A DNA stretch of 64,000 nucleotides from a virus (Duplodnaviria; Heunggongvirae; Uroviricota; Caudoviricetes), in the IMG/VR virus record IMGVR_UViG_3300033463_000007, positions 159,865-223,864 of that record. One strand, given 5' to 3'. Under the pieces are notes generated by a model. The model ran no database searches. It was not told where the DNA came from and saw nothing but the letters and a program-made list of their open reading frames with translations. A program made the translations under genes and the position numbers. Shown here one piece after another: positions 1 to 12,025 of this stretch. Every line of letters starts with the position of its first letter. The first letter of the stretch is position 1.

Positions 1-134
1 CAGAAAGTGATTCTTGCCATATTGCAAAGACTAACCAAAAAACAATAATTAGACTTTCATTATACAAAGAAAATAAATTTATTACAGATACTGTAATTGA
101 ATTAGCTGTAAGCTTATTAATTTAGGAGGAGACT

Positions 135-1187
135 ATGGTAACTAATAATATACAAATGGCATTTGGTGCTTTAAAGCCAAAAAAAGATATTCGAGAATTT
201 AAGGCTATTACAAACAAAGCTGCGCAAGTTGTTGATATTCCAGATGAATTTGAATTAACTATGCCTCCTGTTAAATCACAAGGACAAGTAGGTAGTTGTG
301 TAGCTCATTCAATTTCTCTTGCTATAGAATATTATAATAAGTTGCAAGAGGAAACTGACATAACTTTTAGTACTGGATATATATATGGTAACAGACGAAA
401 TCAACGTGGGCATAACGGAAGCGGTATGTATGTTGATGCAGCACTTAGTGCTGTTGTTAAATGGGGAGATGTAGCTAAAGATAAATTTTCTGAAAATATA
501 GAAGTTCCAGAAGCTATTACATTGTTTGAAGAGCGTGCTTTTGATTTAGCTCCAGAAGCCTACCCGAATAGATTTACGGAATATTTTGCGCTTAAATCTG
601 ATGAACAAATTAAGTTAAATCTTATGCAAAATGGACCAGTTGTTTTTAGTATTCCATGATATAAGGATTATGCTGTAGAGGCAAAAACATATATATTAAA
701 ACATACTAATAATGCAACATCTGGCGGTCATTGTATGGTTATTTATGGCTGAAATAAGGATGGTTGAAAATTTCAAAATTCTTGGGGCACCTCTTGGGGA
801 AATAGGGGTCGTGCCATTTTGCCATATGGAACCAAAATGTCCACTTGTTATGGCATTAAAGATACAATTATGGCAAGAGCACATGAGAAACAATTAGCAG
901 AATTAAAAGAAAAGTTAGAGAAATTAACAGAAAATTTAGAAAATAAAGAAAAAGAATTACAAAAAACTATAGAAAAATTAAAAGTTCTTGATAAGAATAA
1001 TGCAGAACAAGCAGAAGAGCTTCAAGAACTTAAAGAATCTAAAACAGCTCTTACTAAAGAAATTAATAGTTTACAAAAACAGATTAAAGAATTGCAGATA
1101 CAAAATGAACAACTTGAAAGCCTAAGAGCAGAATTATTTGCAATTAAGAAACCATTTGAAAAAATGCCAAAATGATTAGTAAAAATA
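135..1187 (+). CDS. Papain-like (C1 family) cysteine peptidase with C-terminal coiled-coil; contains in-frame TGA codons read as Trp
   Basis: QGQVGSCVAHS Cys motif, GGHCMVIYG-W-NKDG-W-KFQNS-W-G His/Asn region where the three W are TGA; ORFs 135..659 and 819..1175 are in same frame and joined only if TGA is sense; coiled-coil KEKLEKLTENLENKEKELQK tail. Confidence 0.65.
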
Positions 1188-1240
1188 ATTAATGCTATTC
1201 TTAATTTATTTAATTAATTTATAAATGGAAGGTTAGTTAT

Positions 1241-2413
1241 ATGAGTATTGTTATTAATAATAGATCATATAATAATATAGATGCACTGAGAGTAAAATCT
1301 TTAGAAGATGGGGGATCTATTTCAGAAAAATGATTTTATTCTGCTGATAAGTCTCAGGCAAAAATAGGTGAACCATCTTCTTCTGAAATTAAAATAATTA
1401 CTCCGGATGTTAATTACGTATCATTGAGTCAAGTCACCATTCCGCAAATTAACTCTGTTAATTTAGACCCTTCTAAAATTCAGGCTGGCCAAACGATTAC
1501 AATTGGCTGAGCAGGGAATCCGGCTGCTTTATATTCTATCACTGGTACATATACTAATGATGCCACAGCAACAGAATATGATATTCGTAAGGGTAAAATT
1601 GCCTATGTAAAAGGGCAGCGATTAGTTGGTGTATTAACAAGTAGTGGCAGCGCCGGAGAAGAAACTTTAAAAATATCTTCTCTTGCACAATACCCGACAC
1701 GAAACGGTGAGGGTTATTATGACTATGCACAAATTCTGGATGATTCAGATGTAACTGGTTTAAAAGCAGAAAATATTGTTTGTGGAAAAACAATATTAAC
1801 TGATCTTTATGGCACTTTTGGTTCTTTAGCAATTCCATCACAAGCAGCAGATGAGGCTAGTATTCTAGAGGGTAAAGTAGCAAACGTCTATGTTTATAAT
1901 GAGGAAACAGGTGAAGAATCTCTGAGAACAGCTGTAGGTACTATTAGGACTTGGCCTGAAACAGTTTATAATCCTGATAAAAATAATGATAGAACAATTC
2001 CAGCCCAAAGATATATTGCTGAAGACTTAGTAATAAAAAAAGTTAATATAGGTCCCGTGGATTCACAAACACAACAGGTGACTGCTAATCAAATGTTAGC
2101 AGGTACTTCTTTGGCAGTCGGCTATGATGGCACGCCAGAGGGTCTTCTTAGTATAACTGGCACCATTCCCACAAATCCAAACTCTGGTTATACTATTACC
2201 CCGGGTACTTCATCAATAACACTTTCTGGCCCATCTTATATTAGTTCTGATATTACAATTATAGGTGATACCGATTTAGTTACTAATAATATACTGGAGG
2301 GTATTACTATTTTTGGTGTTACCGGAACTCTAAAATCAGAGGAGACTATTTATACAGAATTATGAACAAGAATATATGGTACTCCAGAGCCTGTGGCTGA
2401 AGCTATATTTTAA
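1241..2413 (+). CDS. Tail fibre-like repeat protein (TGTYT module family)
   Basis: RBS GGAAGG upstream of ATG; continuous frame through 4 TGA codons; repeated motif ITGTYTNDATATEYDIRKGKIAYVKGQRLVG shared with neighbouring genes. Confidence 0.5.
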
Positions 2414-2460
2414 ACTAAAAATAGTTTTCTAATAGATAATATTAAAAGGATATTAAAAAT

Positions 2461-5400
2461 ATGCCAACAAATAAAGAAAACTTTATAAATAAATTAAATA
2501 CCCTAGCTGATGCTGTTAAGACCAAGAGACCACTAGCTGAGGGTACGGATTATACTATTAATAATATTGTTGATGCAATTAGTAGTTGGGAGCTTAGACG
2601 AGCAGAAGAAAGCCCAACAGTTGATTTAGATTTATCTAATGGCAATCAGGTAATTATACCTACTGTAAGTGGTAATGTCTTATCTCAGGTCACTATTCGG
2701 CAACCGGTAGATCAGGAAGGCCATAATATATTTATTTCTGATAATATTAGGTCTGGAATAACTCTTGGAAATGTAACCGGAACTTATACAGCTGTAAATG
2801 AGAATGCTGTAACAGCTGCAGATATAAGATTTAATAAAAAAGCCTTTGTAAATGGTAGCGATGTAATAACTGGTTCCATGTCAGATTATAGTGGAACTAC
2901 TTTAATTGTTCCAACTTTTACAAATGGTACACCCTCACAGTCATCAACATCCCATATAGCTACACAAAATACTTTTGTAACAAGTAATATTAATTATGCA
3001 AATATTTGGTATTCAAATTTAGACCCCACAAAGATTCTTAATGGTGAAACAGTCAATATTGGCACTACTGATGATATTAGTACACCAAAAGTTACTGTTA
3101 CTGGTACTTACACTCCAGCAGTTGAAACTCTAATTCTTGACCAACCAAATGAACCCGGTGGTTTAAAACTTAATTATCAAAATACAGTTGGTTATGATTT
3201 ACCAGTACAAATTTTAACACACAGCCAAGGTAAATTAATAGAACAAGTTATATTATATCGTCCTGAAAATCTTATACCGGAAAATATTAAATATAATATA
3301 CCTATTGCAGGTACTGCTGGTACCTTTACAAGTAGTTCTACTGTTTCCAGTGGACAAATTGCGGCAACAGCTGATAAAATACGTTCTGGTTATTCCGCAT
3401 GGGTAAATGGTACTGAAATACAAGGTTCAATACCTAATAAAAGTGCAGAGGTTTATAATCCAACTATTGCATCGTCAAGTTCCGGCACAGCCACTTTAAA
3501 TCCTATAACAATTAGTTCTGGTCAATACTTAACTGGAAATCAAACGATTACAGCGACAGAGGTAAGAGGGTTAAATCCTGAATATATTGTTTCTGGGCAT
3601 AGCATTCAAATTGGCTATACACAAAATGATACTTTTAGACCAATTCATACAACACAAGGCTCTTACACAGGTATTGCTTCAGAATATATTGAGCCAACAG
3701 CTATAGAGTTTAATGAATTAATTTTCCGCACTACTACAAGTGGAATTACGATAGATTCAGATGTTGTAGTAAATCCAGAACCTGGGCATGCTTTTAGTCA
3801 GGTTAAAATTAAAAGGCCAACTGATATGTCTGCAGTTGCTGCAAAAATTGCTTATAATCAAACTATACACGGTATTTCTGGTACATTTTCTTATGAAGCA
3901 AATAATTCTATAACTGCCAGTTCAATTAGAAATGGCAAAGTTGGTTTTGTTAATGGTAATAAAATTATCGGTACAATGCTTGAGCGTGATGTCGGTAATA
4001 TTGGACTTTCTACTACAGATTATACAATAGCAGCAAATCAATATTTAGCAGGTGCTCAGACAATTTATGGTGCCAGAATAACAACCACGGATACTGGCGG
4101 TACAATAGCTGTTAATGATTTTAATGCTTTAGCCGGATTACTTGTTAAAGATGTAACTTTAGATATTGGTGATACTGGTGATACTGATAGACTTGCTCAT
4201 ATTGTTGGTACATATGATAACCAAAAACCGGAAGAAGTTGGAAATGTAACATTAAATTTCTGAGATTCAACACATTCAACTTATTATGATCAATTAGACA
4301 TTAATCCAAGCACACAAAATACAGTTTTTTCTCATGTTTTAATAAATAAACCAGCGACTTTAATTAAAGGAAATATTGCATCTGGAGTTTCTATCGCTGG
4401 TGTTACAGGTACTTATACAAATGATGCAAATGCAACATCAAGTGACATTTATCCTGGCAAAACTGCTTATGTACAGGGCACTAAAGTTTCTGGCAGCATG
4501 CAAACACGTGCCGCTGCAACAATTTATCCGAGTGCTTCAGACCAAACAATTGCTTCAGGTCGTTATTTAACTGGTACTCAAACAATAAAAGCAACGACTG
4601 TTAAAGCATATGACCCAGTATTACAAGAAACTGTTCCGTTAGATCCTGATTATATTATTAAGGGTGTTGTTGTAAAAGTTGGTGATGAAGTTAATAATGC
4701 TCGTGTTGCTAGTATAACTGGTACTTTCGATTATACTGAATTTATTGAAGGTCCAAGAGAAGTTGATTTATCATTAGCTTCTGGCAATCAAACTATAAAT
4801 CCAGAGGCCACTGGATATTCAATGAGCCAAATAATAATTAAGAAGCCCGTAAATTTATTAGCTAGTAATATTAAAAAAGATGTTGAAATTGCAGGTATTA
4901 CTGGAACATTTGAAGAAATAAAAGTATTAGAAATAGATGCAAATTACAATTCAGCATCAACTATTAATCTCACTACTGCACAAAAGAATGTTTTTACTTC
5001 TTTGGCTTTAGGTAGTACTATTAAATTAAAATTTACACAATCTAATAGTATTAAATATTTTACTAAAACCTATTCAAGCACCTCCGGTAGTGAAACATTT
5101 ATTGTTCTTACTGCACCAATTTCAAATGATTTTGAATGAAGTAATACTAAATATATTAGAACAAAAACTGAATTATGTTATATTGCTATTGCTAATAATA
5201 CAGCAGAATTACATTTGGTATATAAACAAGGCTCGTCTGCTGCTTTATTAGGTGAAATTAGGCCTAATACTGATCTTGTATTAGACCCAAGCACTGAAAC
5301 ACGTATTTATGATTATACAGATGCTACAATAGGTATTCCTACATCATTAACGGTTACAGGTCTTGCTTATACAGCTGTTCAACCAGAGCAGCTTTTACAG

Positions 5401-5688
5401 GGGACAACATTAAATATTGGAACCGCAGCGGATCCAGATGCGGTTTATACTGTAACAGGTACTGCTATATCAGAATATGACTTATATTCATTATTAAATA
5501 ATGCTAAATGGGGTAATTCTGGTGATCTTGCAGGTACAACTGTATTATTCTCTAATACACCTGAGCTCACAAATATTGGTACTAAAGCAGTTACATTTAC
5601 AGCTGGCTCTGATAACTATACAAGTTTAACAATTAATAATAATGAAATTAAATATAATGATACTCGTGTATATGGCGAAGCTGAGTAA
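2461..5688 (+). CDS. Large tail fibre / receptor-binding repeat protein (~1075 aa) formed by ORFs 2461..4263, 4498..5139 and 5215..5688 joined through TGA=Trp
   Basis: All three standard-code ORFs are in the same frame and separated only by TGA codons (4261, 5137); repeated x-I/V-TGT-Y/F-T beta-strand motifs; ends with TAA. Confidence 0.55.
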
Positions 5689-5703
5689 AGGAGAAATATA
5701 AAT

Positions 5704-7116
5704 ATGGCAAAAAGTTGACTTGCTGGAGCTTCAAAAAAAATTACGATAACTGGCGGAAATGACAGTACAAATACAGATATATTAAAATATATGCAATTAA
5801 ATGCAGGCTGAATACAAACACTAGCTACACCAGTATTATCATTAACAGACTTAGCTATTACTTGGCCAAGTGTAACTAATAGGACCTCTTATACTGTTTA
5901 TGTTAATAATCAGTCCTATCAAGATCAAGTAATGATAAATTCTTTTGATATATCAGACTTTACACCCGGGACTTATTCAATTACAGTAAAAGCTATTGGA
6001 AGTACTTATTATCAAGACAGTTCATTAAGTACACCTTTTGTATATACATACTTAACTGCTCCAACAAATCTTGCAATAACAAATGATACAACATTATCTT
6101 TTACAGGTTCTTCTGGTGCAACTCATTATAGAGTTATTGTAGATTCTGAGACAATTCTTGGTATTTGTAATAGTTCTCCAGTTGACTTAGCTAGTTTTCA
6201 AGGCTGGGGTAATCTGACAGCAGGTGGTCATACAGTACAGTTACAAGCATTTGCTGATAATGCACGAGATAGTCAAGTTTCAACGGGTGTATTAGTTAGA
6301 ACTGGTGGTTATAATTTAACAGTTTCTACTTGACAAGAATCTGGTGAAGATAGTGGTCAATTTCAAGTTTTATATTCAGATAACTCCTCTGCTTGAGTTG
6401 GCTCTGGTACAACTAAGCATGTTTTACAAGTACTAGACTATAGATATACTTGAGATTATCAACAATCTTGAGAAATTAATGATGCCCAGCCATCATTACC
6501 TTATACACTTGCTGCAAATGCCTCTGCCTCAGTTTATTCTGAATCAAGTGGTGGCGGTGGGACCTGCTTTATTGCTGGTACACAAATAACTCTTGCTGAT
6601 GGTACCACAAAAGCTGCTGAGGATATTACTTATGATGATTCTTTGTTAGTTTGAAATTTCTATACTGGTACTTTTGATACAGCTAAACCCTTATGAATTA
6701 AGAAAGAAGAATTATCACCCTGTTATAATTTAGTCACTTTTGACAATGGTAAAACAATTGGTTTTGTTGGACCTGGACAAGAGATCGGTTATCATAGAAT
6801 TTATAATAATGAAGCTAAACAATTTACACATACTGGTGTAGCTGATACACCGGTAGGTACAACTTCTTTTGATGTTTTTGGACAGCAACCAAAAATAGTA
6901 AGTCAAGAAGTTAAATGAGAAAGAGTAAAATATTATAATATAATAACAGATAAATACTATAATTTATTTACAAATAATATTTTAACTTCTTGTATGCTAT
7001 CTAATGAATATGAAATATTAGATAATATGACTTATAATATAAATAATAGATATTTAACAGATAAACAAATTACTGATTATCTACAAAAAATTGAGGATTT
7101 AAGACGTCCAAATTAG
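5704..7116 (+). CDS. Structural protein with fibronectin-III-like repeats and C-terminal Hint (intein/hedgehog-like) domain
   Basis: ATG with RBS AGGAGAAATATAAAT upstream; many in-frame TGA; motif GGGGTCFIAGTQITLADGTTKAAEDITYDD is a classic Hint block A; ends TAG at 7114. Confidence 0.45.
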
Positions 7117-7129
7117 AAAGGATATTATA

Positions 7130-7579
7130 ATGGTTTATATTTTAGAAGGTACACATGGAGTTGGTAAAACCGAACGAAGTACAACTTTTGGAGTTCCTGT
7201 TGCAAATATTAGAAATGATACTCGTGCAAGAAATATTACACAAGTAACCTCATTACTTAATAGTTATATTAATATAGATGCTGTATTTGATAGATTTTTT
7301 ATGCTATCTTTTCCAGGAGAAGATCATGATAAAAGGGTCTCCCAATGTATTGCAATTAATAATTATTTAAAAACTAGATCTGATGTAACTTGTATTTTAT
7401 ATATCTGTGACCGCGAAGTTGCTTGACAAAGGTATCAAAATACAGAACATCCAATTGAGCGACGCGTTGATAGAGCTGGTTTTGATGCAGCTTATAATTG
7501 ATATCAAGAAATTATTCCATATATGGATGCTTTTCAAATAATAGATACCACCAATGCCAGCAGTCATCATTCTGGCTAA
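7130..7579 (+). CDS. P-loop nucleoside/nucleotide kinase-like protein
   Basis: Walker A GTHGVGKT near N-terminus; two in-frame TGA (W) extend ORF 7130..7426 to TAA at 7577. Confidence 0.4.
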
Positions 7580-7602
7580 TAAGATATAGGAGATATTATT
7601 AA

Positions 7603-8382
7603 ATGCTAATAAGTGATTTAACAGGGACAACGTGGACGATAAACTCATCTGTAACGGCAACGTCGGGGCAATTCCGTTCCTCAAATATTGCTTTCACCGT
7701 TAACTACGGCGATGAGTGGAATGAAATCCGGATAGGCTATTATGCCTACCACCATGACCTCGTTGCTTCGGCAGACAGGGCGTGCGGTTTTAATGTTACG
7801 GTGGGCTTTTATTTTAACCTCGAAAACACGACGATAACCTTTACAGGCGGCACAGACGCCACCAACTCAACCCTCATCTCTTGGCTTGAAGCAAATGCTA
7901 CTAATGTTACGCCTGAACCAACACCAACAGAGAATATTTTGACACCCAAAGAGCAATTTTTTAAGAATATGAATGACCTTGCTCAAAGTATTATTGACAA
8001 AGCGGGTCTTGCAGCTGGCTTAAAAACGTTACAGGAGTTAAAAGAAGCTGTTGATGATATTGTTGTAGCCCAGGAAAGTGAAAGAAGGACATTATCATTA
8101 AATATGGCTAGCGGAGATCAAGTAGTTAACCCAACAGATGCTGATAAAGTAATGACACAGGTAACAATTACTAAACCAAGTACGTTTCTTGCAAGTAATA
8201 TTAAAGATGATATAGAAATAGGCGGAATTACTGGTACTTTTACTGACAGTACAACTGTTTCTACCGGACAAACGGCTGCAGCTGCAGGCCAGCTGTTAAT
8301 AGGATATTCAGCTTGGGTAAATGGTGTAGAAATACAAGGAACAATTCCAGTATATACTGGTGGAATTGTTACTACTGAATAA
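7603..8382 (+). CDS. Tail fibre-like protein, chimeric: GC-rich N-terminal module fused to conserved NIKDDIEIGGITGTFT C-terminal module
   Basis: C-terminal 90 aa nearly identical in pattern to 3300-3440 region of the large fibre gene; N-terminal 330 nt has strikingly higher GC and uses TGG for Trp. Confidence 0.5.
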   Translation: MLISDLTGTTWTINSSVTATSGQFRSSNIAFTVNYGDEWNEIRIGYYAYHHDLVASADRACGFNVTVGFYFNLENTTITFTGGTDATNSTLISWLEANATNVTPEPTPTENILTPKEQFFKNMNDLAQSIIDKAGLAAGLKTLQELKEAVDDIVVAQESERRTLSLNMASGDQVVNPTDADKVMTQVTITKPSTFLASNIKDDIEIGGITGTFTDSTTVSTGQTAAAAGQLLIGYSAWVNGVEIQGTIPVYTGGIVTTE

Positions 8383-8399
8383 TTTAGGAGTATAATAGA

Positions 8400-9200
8400 A
8401 TGGGAAAAAATATTTCTGTTAATGGCAGACAGTATAATTCAATAACAAAATTAAAAGTACAAAAAAATATATCTACAGAGAGCTATCATGTTTATGATTC
8501 TTATTACTCTGATGATTTATTTGAAAATACTAAATTAGTAGCGCCTTCTTTAGAGGTGCAGACAATTAACCCATCTGGTGATAATGTTGCTCTTAGTCAA
8601 GTAGTAGTACAAAGTATCGGAGCCGAAAATTTAATTCCAGAATATATTCAGGCGGGAAAAACAATTTCAATAAAAAGTAATGGTTTAGATGATAATCCTG
8701 ATTCATATCTTATGTCGGTTACAGGTACTTATACAAATGATGCAACAGCTACTGCTAATGATATCTTAGTAGGAAAAACTGCTTATATTAAAGGTGAAAA
8801 AGTTGTAGGTGCTAGATTAACTTCTGGTGGTATTATCCCAGAAGGTATTGCCTATATTACAACCACAGCACCAACTAATGTTTATAATTTTGCAGTTGCA
8901 AAAGTTGATAGCGAATTTCTTAGACCCGAAAATATTAAACAGGGTATAGAAATTTTAGGTAAAGTTGGTACTTATGGTGGTATCGATACAACAACTGCAA
9001 TAGATTTTTCAGCAGTTCATTTAGGCTATTTTTATAATGATGCTTTTTATACTGATAAAGCACATGTACATTTAATAGAGCCAGTTGATGGCAATACTTA
9101 TATGGATAAAGTATCTGCCAATGCTTATGATTATATAAATAATAGATATACTATTACCACGTCCTGGGTGGTAAATGTTGATCCAGCACAATTAGACTAA
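8400..9200 (+). CDS. Tail fibre-like protein (TGTYTNDATATANDILVGKTAYIKG module)
   Basis: Shares repeat modules with genes at 1241, 2461, 4376 region. Confidence 0.5.
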   Translation: MGKNISVNGRQYNSITKLKVQKNISTESYHVYDSYYSDDLFENTKLVAPSLEVQTINPSGDNVALSQVVVQSIGAENLIPEYIQAGKTISIKSNGLDDNPDSYLMSVTGTYTNDATATANDILVGKTAYIKGEKVVGARLTSGGIIPEGIAYITTTAPTNVYNFAVAKVDSEFLRPENIKQGIEILGKVGTYGGIDTTTAIDFSAVHLGYFYNDAFYTDKAHVHLIEPVDGNTYMDKVSANAYDYINNRYTITTSWVVNVDPAQLD

Positions 9201-9345
9201 ATGAATACAATTATTTTATGTTTAAAATAAAGTATTCAGTTTTATTGAATGCTTTATTTTATTCTTTTATTGTATAATATAATTGTATTTATAGGATCAA
9301 TAGAATCTGATAGATTCTTGATGATAATAAAGGAGTTTAATTTAA

Positions 9346-9951
9346 ATGGGTTTTTGTAAGACTTGTTATAAAGAAAAAATAAACCCTCAAGTTAAAGATG
9401 AAGATTTATCATATGAATTAGATGAAGCAATTTGTGAGTGTTGTGGAGAATTAAAGCATTTGGTAAAAATACCAGAAATTAAAGATCCAAACATAATGAC
9501 TGTTGCTGAATGTAATTTAGAAACACAAAAACATATAGAAAATGTTCGTAAATATATTAGATTTATTACAGATAAGTTGACACAGAGAGGTGTAGATCAT
9601 GATGCAAGTAAGATGGAATCACCGGAAGTTGAATTATTTGCACAATATACAAAAAAACTAGCCTCTTTAGTTTATGGTAGTGATGAATATAAAGCAAATT
9701 TAGAAGCTTTACAACCTGCACTAGAACATCATTATGCTACCAACAGACATCACCCAGAGCATTTTCCTAATGGAATAAATGATATGAATTTAATTGATAT
9801 TATTGAAATGTTTTGTGATTGGAAAGCTTCTTCTTTACGACAGAATGATGGAAATTTATTAAAAAGTATTGAGTTAAACACTGAGCGATTTAATATTGAT
9901 CCTCAGCTAAAACAGATTTTTATTAATACTGCTAATTTATTAGATGATTAA
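9346..9951 (+). CDS. Hypothetical protein, H-H...N-R-H-H...DM motif family (paralog of 34561..35124)
   Basis: LEHHYATNRHHPEHF...DMNLIDIIEMFCDWKASS resembles SWNHHYHHNKHHFQFWW...ESVCDMLGASKAY in the paralog; possible metal-dependent hydrolase. Confidence 0.35.
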   Translation: MGFCKTCYKEKINPQVKDEDLSYELDEAICECCGELKHLVKIPEIKDPNIMTVAECNLETQKHIENVRKYIRFITDKLTQRGVDHDASKMESPEVELFAQYTKKLASLVYGSDEYKANLEALQPALEHHYATNRHHPEHFPNGINDMNLIDIIEMFCDWKASSLRQNDGNLLKSIELNTERFNIDPQLKQIFINTANLLDD

Positions 9952-10005
9952 ATACTTTAAAGAGAATAAAGATAATTAAAAGAGTATTGGATATTCAATA
10001 CTCTT

Positions 10006-10020
10006 TTATTGTATAATATA
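10006..10020 (+). promoter_or_regulatory. Terminator-promoter cassette: hairpin 9980-10005 then TTATTGTATAATATA
   Basis: AAGAGTATTGGATATTCAATACTCTT hairpin immediately followed by extended -10. Confidence 0.5.
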
Positions 10021-10048
10021 ATACTATAGTAATAAAAGGAGATTTATT

Positions 10049-10270
10049 ATGTCAAATTTTGAAGAGCCTTCTGTAAAAGCACATATAGGAACTGGTGGAA
10101 TTAGCTTTACTGGGCTTTTAACTATTGTTTTTATAGTTCTAAAACTTTGTGGTGTTATTGATTGGAGTTGGTTTTGGGTATTAAGTCCAACTATTTTTGG
10201 TATAATTTTATTAATATTGATTATATTTATAGTAGCTATTATTATTGCAGCTAAAGAGAGACATAATTAA
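10049..10270 (+). CDS. Small two-TM membrane protein
   Basis: Highly hydrophobic 73-aa ORF with good RBS AAAGGAG. Confidence 0.35.
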   Translation: MSNFEEPSVKAHIGTGGISFTGLLTIVFIVLKLCGVIDWSWFWVLSPTIFGIILLILIIFIVAIIIAAKERHN

Positions 10271-10836
10271 TGGGTAAATTAGTATTTTATTATGGTGTAA
10301 TGGGTTGTTCAAAAACAGCTAATGCTTTAATTACGCGTTTTCAATATTTAGAAAAGGGTAAAAAGGTTTTGTTAATAAAACCGGCACTTGATACGAGAGA
10401 TAATATAGATAATAAGAGTATTATAGCTTCTAGAATAGGTATTCAAGCAGAAGCTTATGCAGTAAGAATTGATGAATCTATTGCTTCACTTTTAAGTAGA
10501 GATACTTATGATATAATTATTTGTGATGAAGCACAATTTTTAACAACAGCACAGGTTAATGAATTAAGAAATTTAAGTAAATATATAGATATTATTTGCT
10601 ATGGCTTAAGAACAGATTTTCAATCTCATTTATTTGAAGGTAGTAAGCGTTTATTTGAATTGGCTGATAATATTTATGAAATAGAAGGTGTATGTACTTG
10701 TGGTAAAAAAGCTGTAATTAATGCTCGTCTGACTGCAGATAAAAAAATTATCTATCATGGTGATCAATTAGAACTTGGTGGCAATGATAAATATGTTGGT
10801 ATGTGTTGGGATTGTTGGCAACGGGGTAATATTTAA
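10270..10836 (+). CDS. tdk: Thymidine kinase
   Basis: MGKLVFYYGVMGCSKTANALITRFQYLEKGKKVLLIKPALDTRD and C-terminal CxxC..CxxC zinc ribbon typical of type II TK; no TGA. Confidence 0.85.
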   Translation: MGKLVFYYGVMGCSKTANALITRFQYLEKGKKVLLIKPALDTRDNIDNKSIIASRIGIQAEAYAVRIDESIASLLSRDTYDIIICDEAQFLTTAQVNELRNLSKYIDIICYGLRTDFQSHLFEGSKRLFELADNIYEIEGVCTCGKKAVINARLTADKKIIYHGDQLELGGNDKYVGMCWDCWQRGNI

Positions 10837-10838
10837 TT

Positions 10839-11111
10839 ATGGATGAAGAATTTAATGCTTGTGATTTATTTTTAATGTGAAATAGAGATACTAAAGTAGA
10901 ATGTATTGGTACAAATGCACTATGGAATTATATTAATTCTTTTGTTCAGCAATATAAAACAAATATAGTTCTTACAAAAATAAATCAGAATTATAGATCT
11001 AATTTGGATAAATATTGCATTGAAGTGTGGTATAATTTTGATTCTGGTTGTAGGTTAATTAATGCCTATACACTAGAATATAATGAACCAGATAGACAAA
11101 TTTTTTATTAA
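10839..11111 (+). CDS. Hypothetical protein
   Basis: ORF continuous through one TGA (W). Confidence 0.3.
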
Positions 11112-11130
11112 TAGAAAGGAGAAAATATTT

Positions 11131-12024
11131 ATGAAATGGTTTTGTTGTAGTGATATTCACGGATTTTATGATGAATTAATTCAAGCATTAACTGATGCTG
11201 GTTTTGAATCAACTAATCAAGATCATGGTATTATTGTTTGTGGAGATATTTTTGATCGCGGAAAGCAACCATTAAAAGTATATGAATTTTTAAAAAGTCT
11301 TCCTAAGGAACGCCGTATTCTTATTAGAGGAAATCATGAATTTCTTTTACGTGATTTAGTAAAACGTGGTTATGCTTTAAGTCATGATGTTCATAATGGA
11401 ACAGAAGATACATTATGTTATATTGCAAATATTATAACAGATTCTGAATATAATCAAAAACAGATAATTGAATTAACTAAAAATAAAAATATAGATGAAT
11501 TATTACGAACAGATACTAATTATGATAAGCTAGAAAAGCGTCGTCGTAAAAAATATAATAATAGAAAAATTAAAGAAATATTAAAATGGATAGCTTCAGA
11601 TGAGTGGATAAACTACTATGAAACAAATAACTATATTTTTGTACATTCGTTTATTCCGCTTCGACCGCGGCAGAATCTAAAATTTTCTGAATTATTTTCA
11701 ACACCAAATGAGTATGATCCAGATTGGCGAAATGTACCACAATTTATTTGGGAAGAAGCAACCTGGGGATGCCCTTGGCAGCTCTATTTAAATTATTTTG
11801 AGCCAGAAATTAGAAATGGAAAAATTTTAGTATGTGGACACTGGCATGCCTCTGATTTTTGGAATCATTTAGATTTTAAAGATACTCCAGAGCTGCAGTT
11901 AGATACAGCTGGAGAAAATCCATTATATAAATCTGAAAAGTATCCAAATATTATTGGTCTTGATGCCTGCACTGTACGAAGTCATAGAATTAATGTTTTA
12001 GTTTTAGATGATGAGGATATGTAA
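11131..12024 (+). CDS. Calcineurin-like metallophosphoesterase (Ser/Thr phosphatase-like)
   Basis: DIHG...GDIFDRG...GNHE motifs; RBS AAAGGAGAAAA. Confidence 0.6.
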   Translation: MKWFCCSDIHGFYDELIQALTDAGFESTNQDHGIIVCGDIFDRGKQPLKVYEFLKSLPKERRILIRGNHEFLLRDLVKRGYALSHDVHNGTEDTLCYIANIITDSEYNQKQIIELTKNKNIDELLRTDTNYDKLEKRRRKKYNNRKIKEILKWIASDEWINYYETNNYIFVHSFIPLRPRQNLKFSELFSTPNEYDPDWRNVPQFIWEEATWGCPWQLYLNYFEPEIRNGKILVCGHWHASDFWNHLDFKDTPELQLDTAGENPLYKSEKYPNIIGLDACTVRSHRINVLVLDDEDM

Positions 12025-12025
12025 T

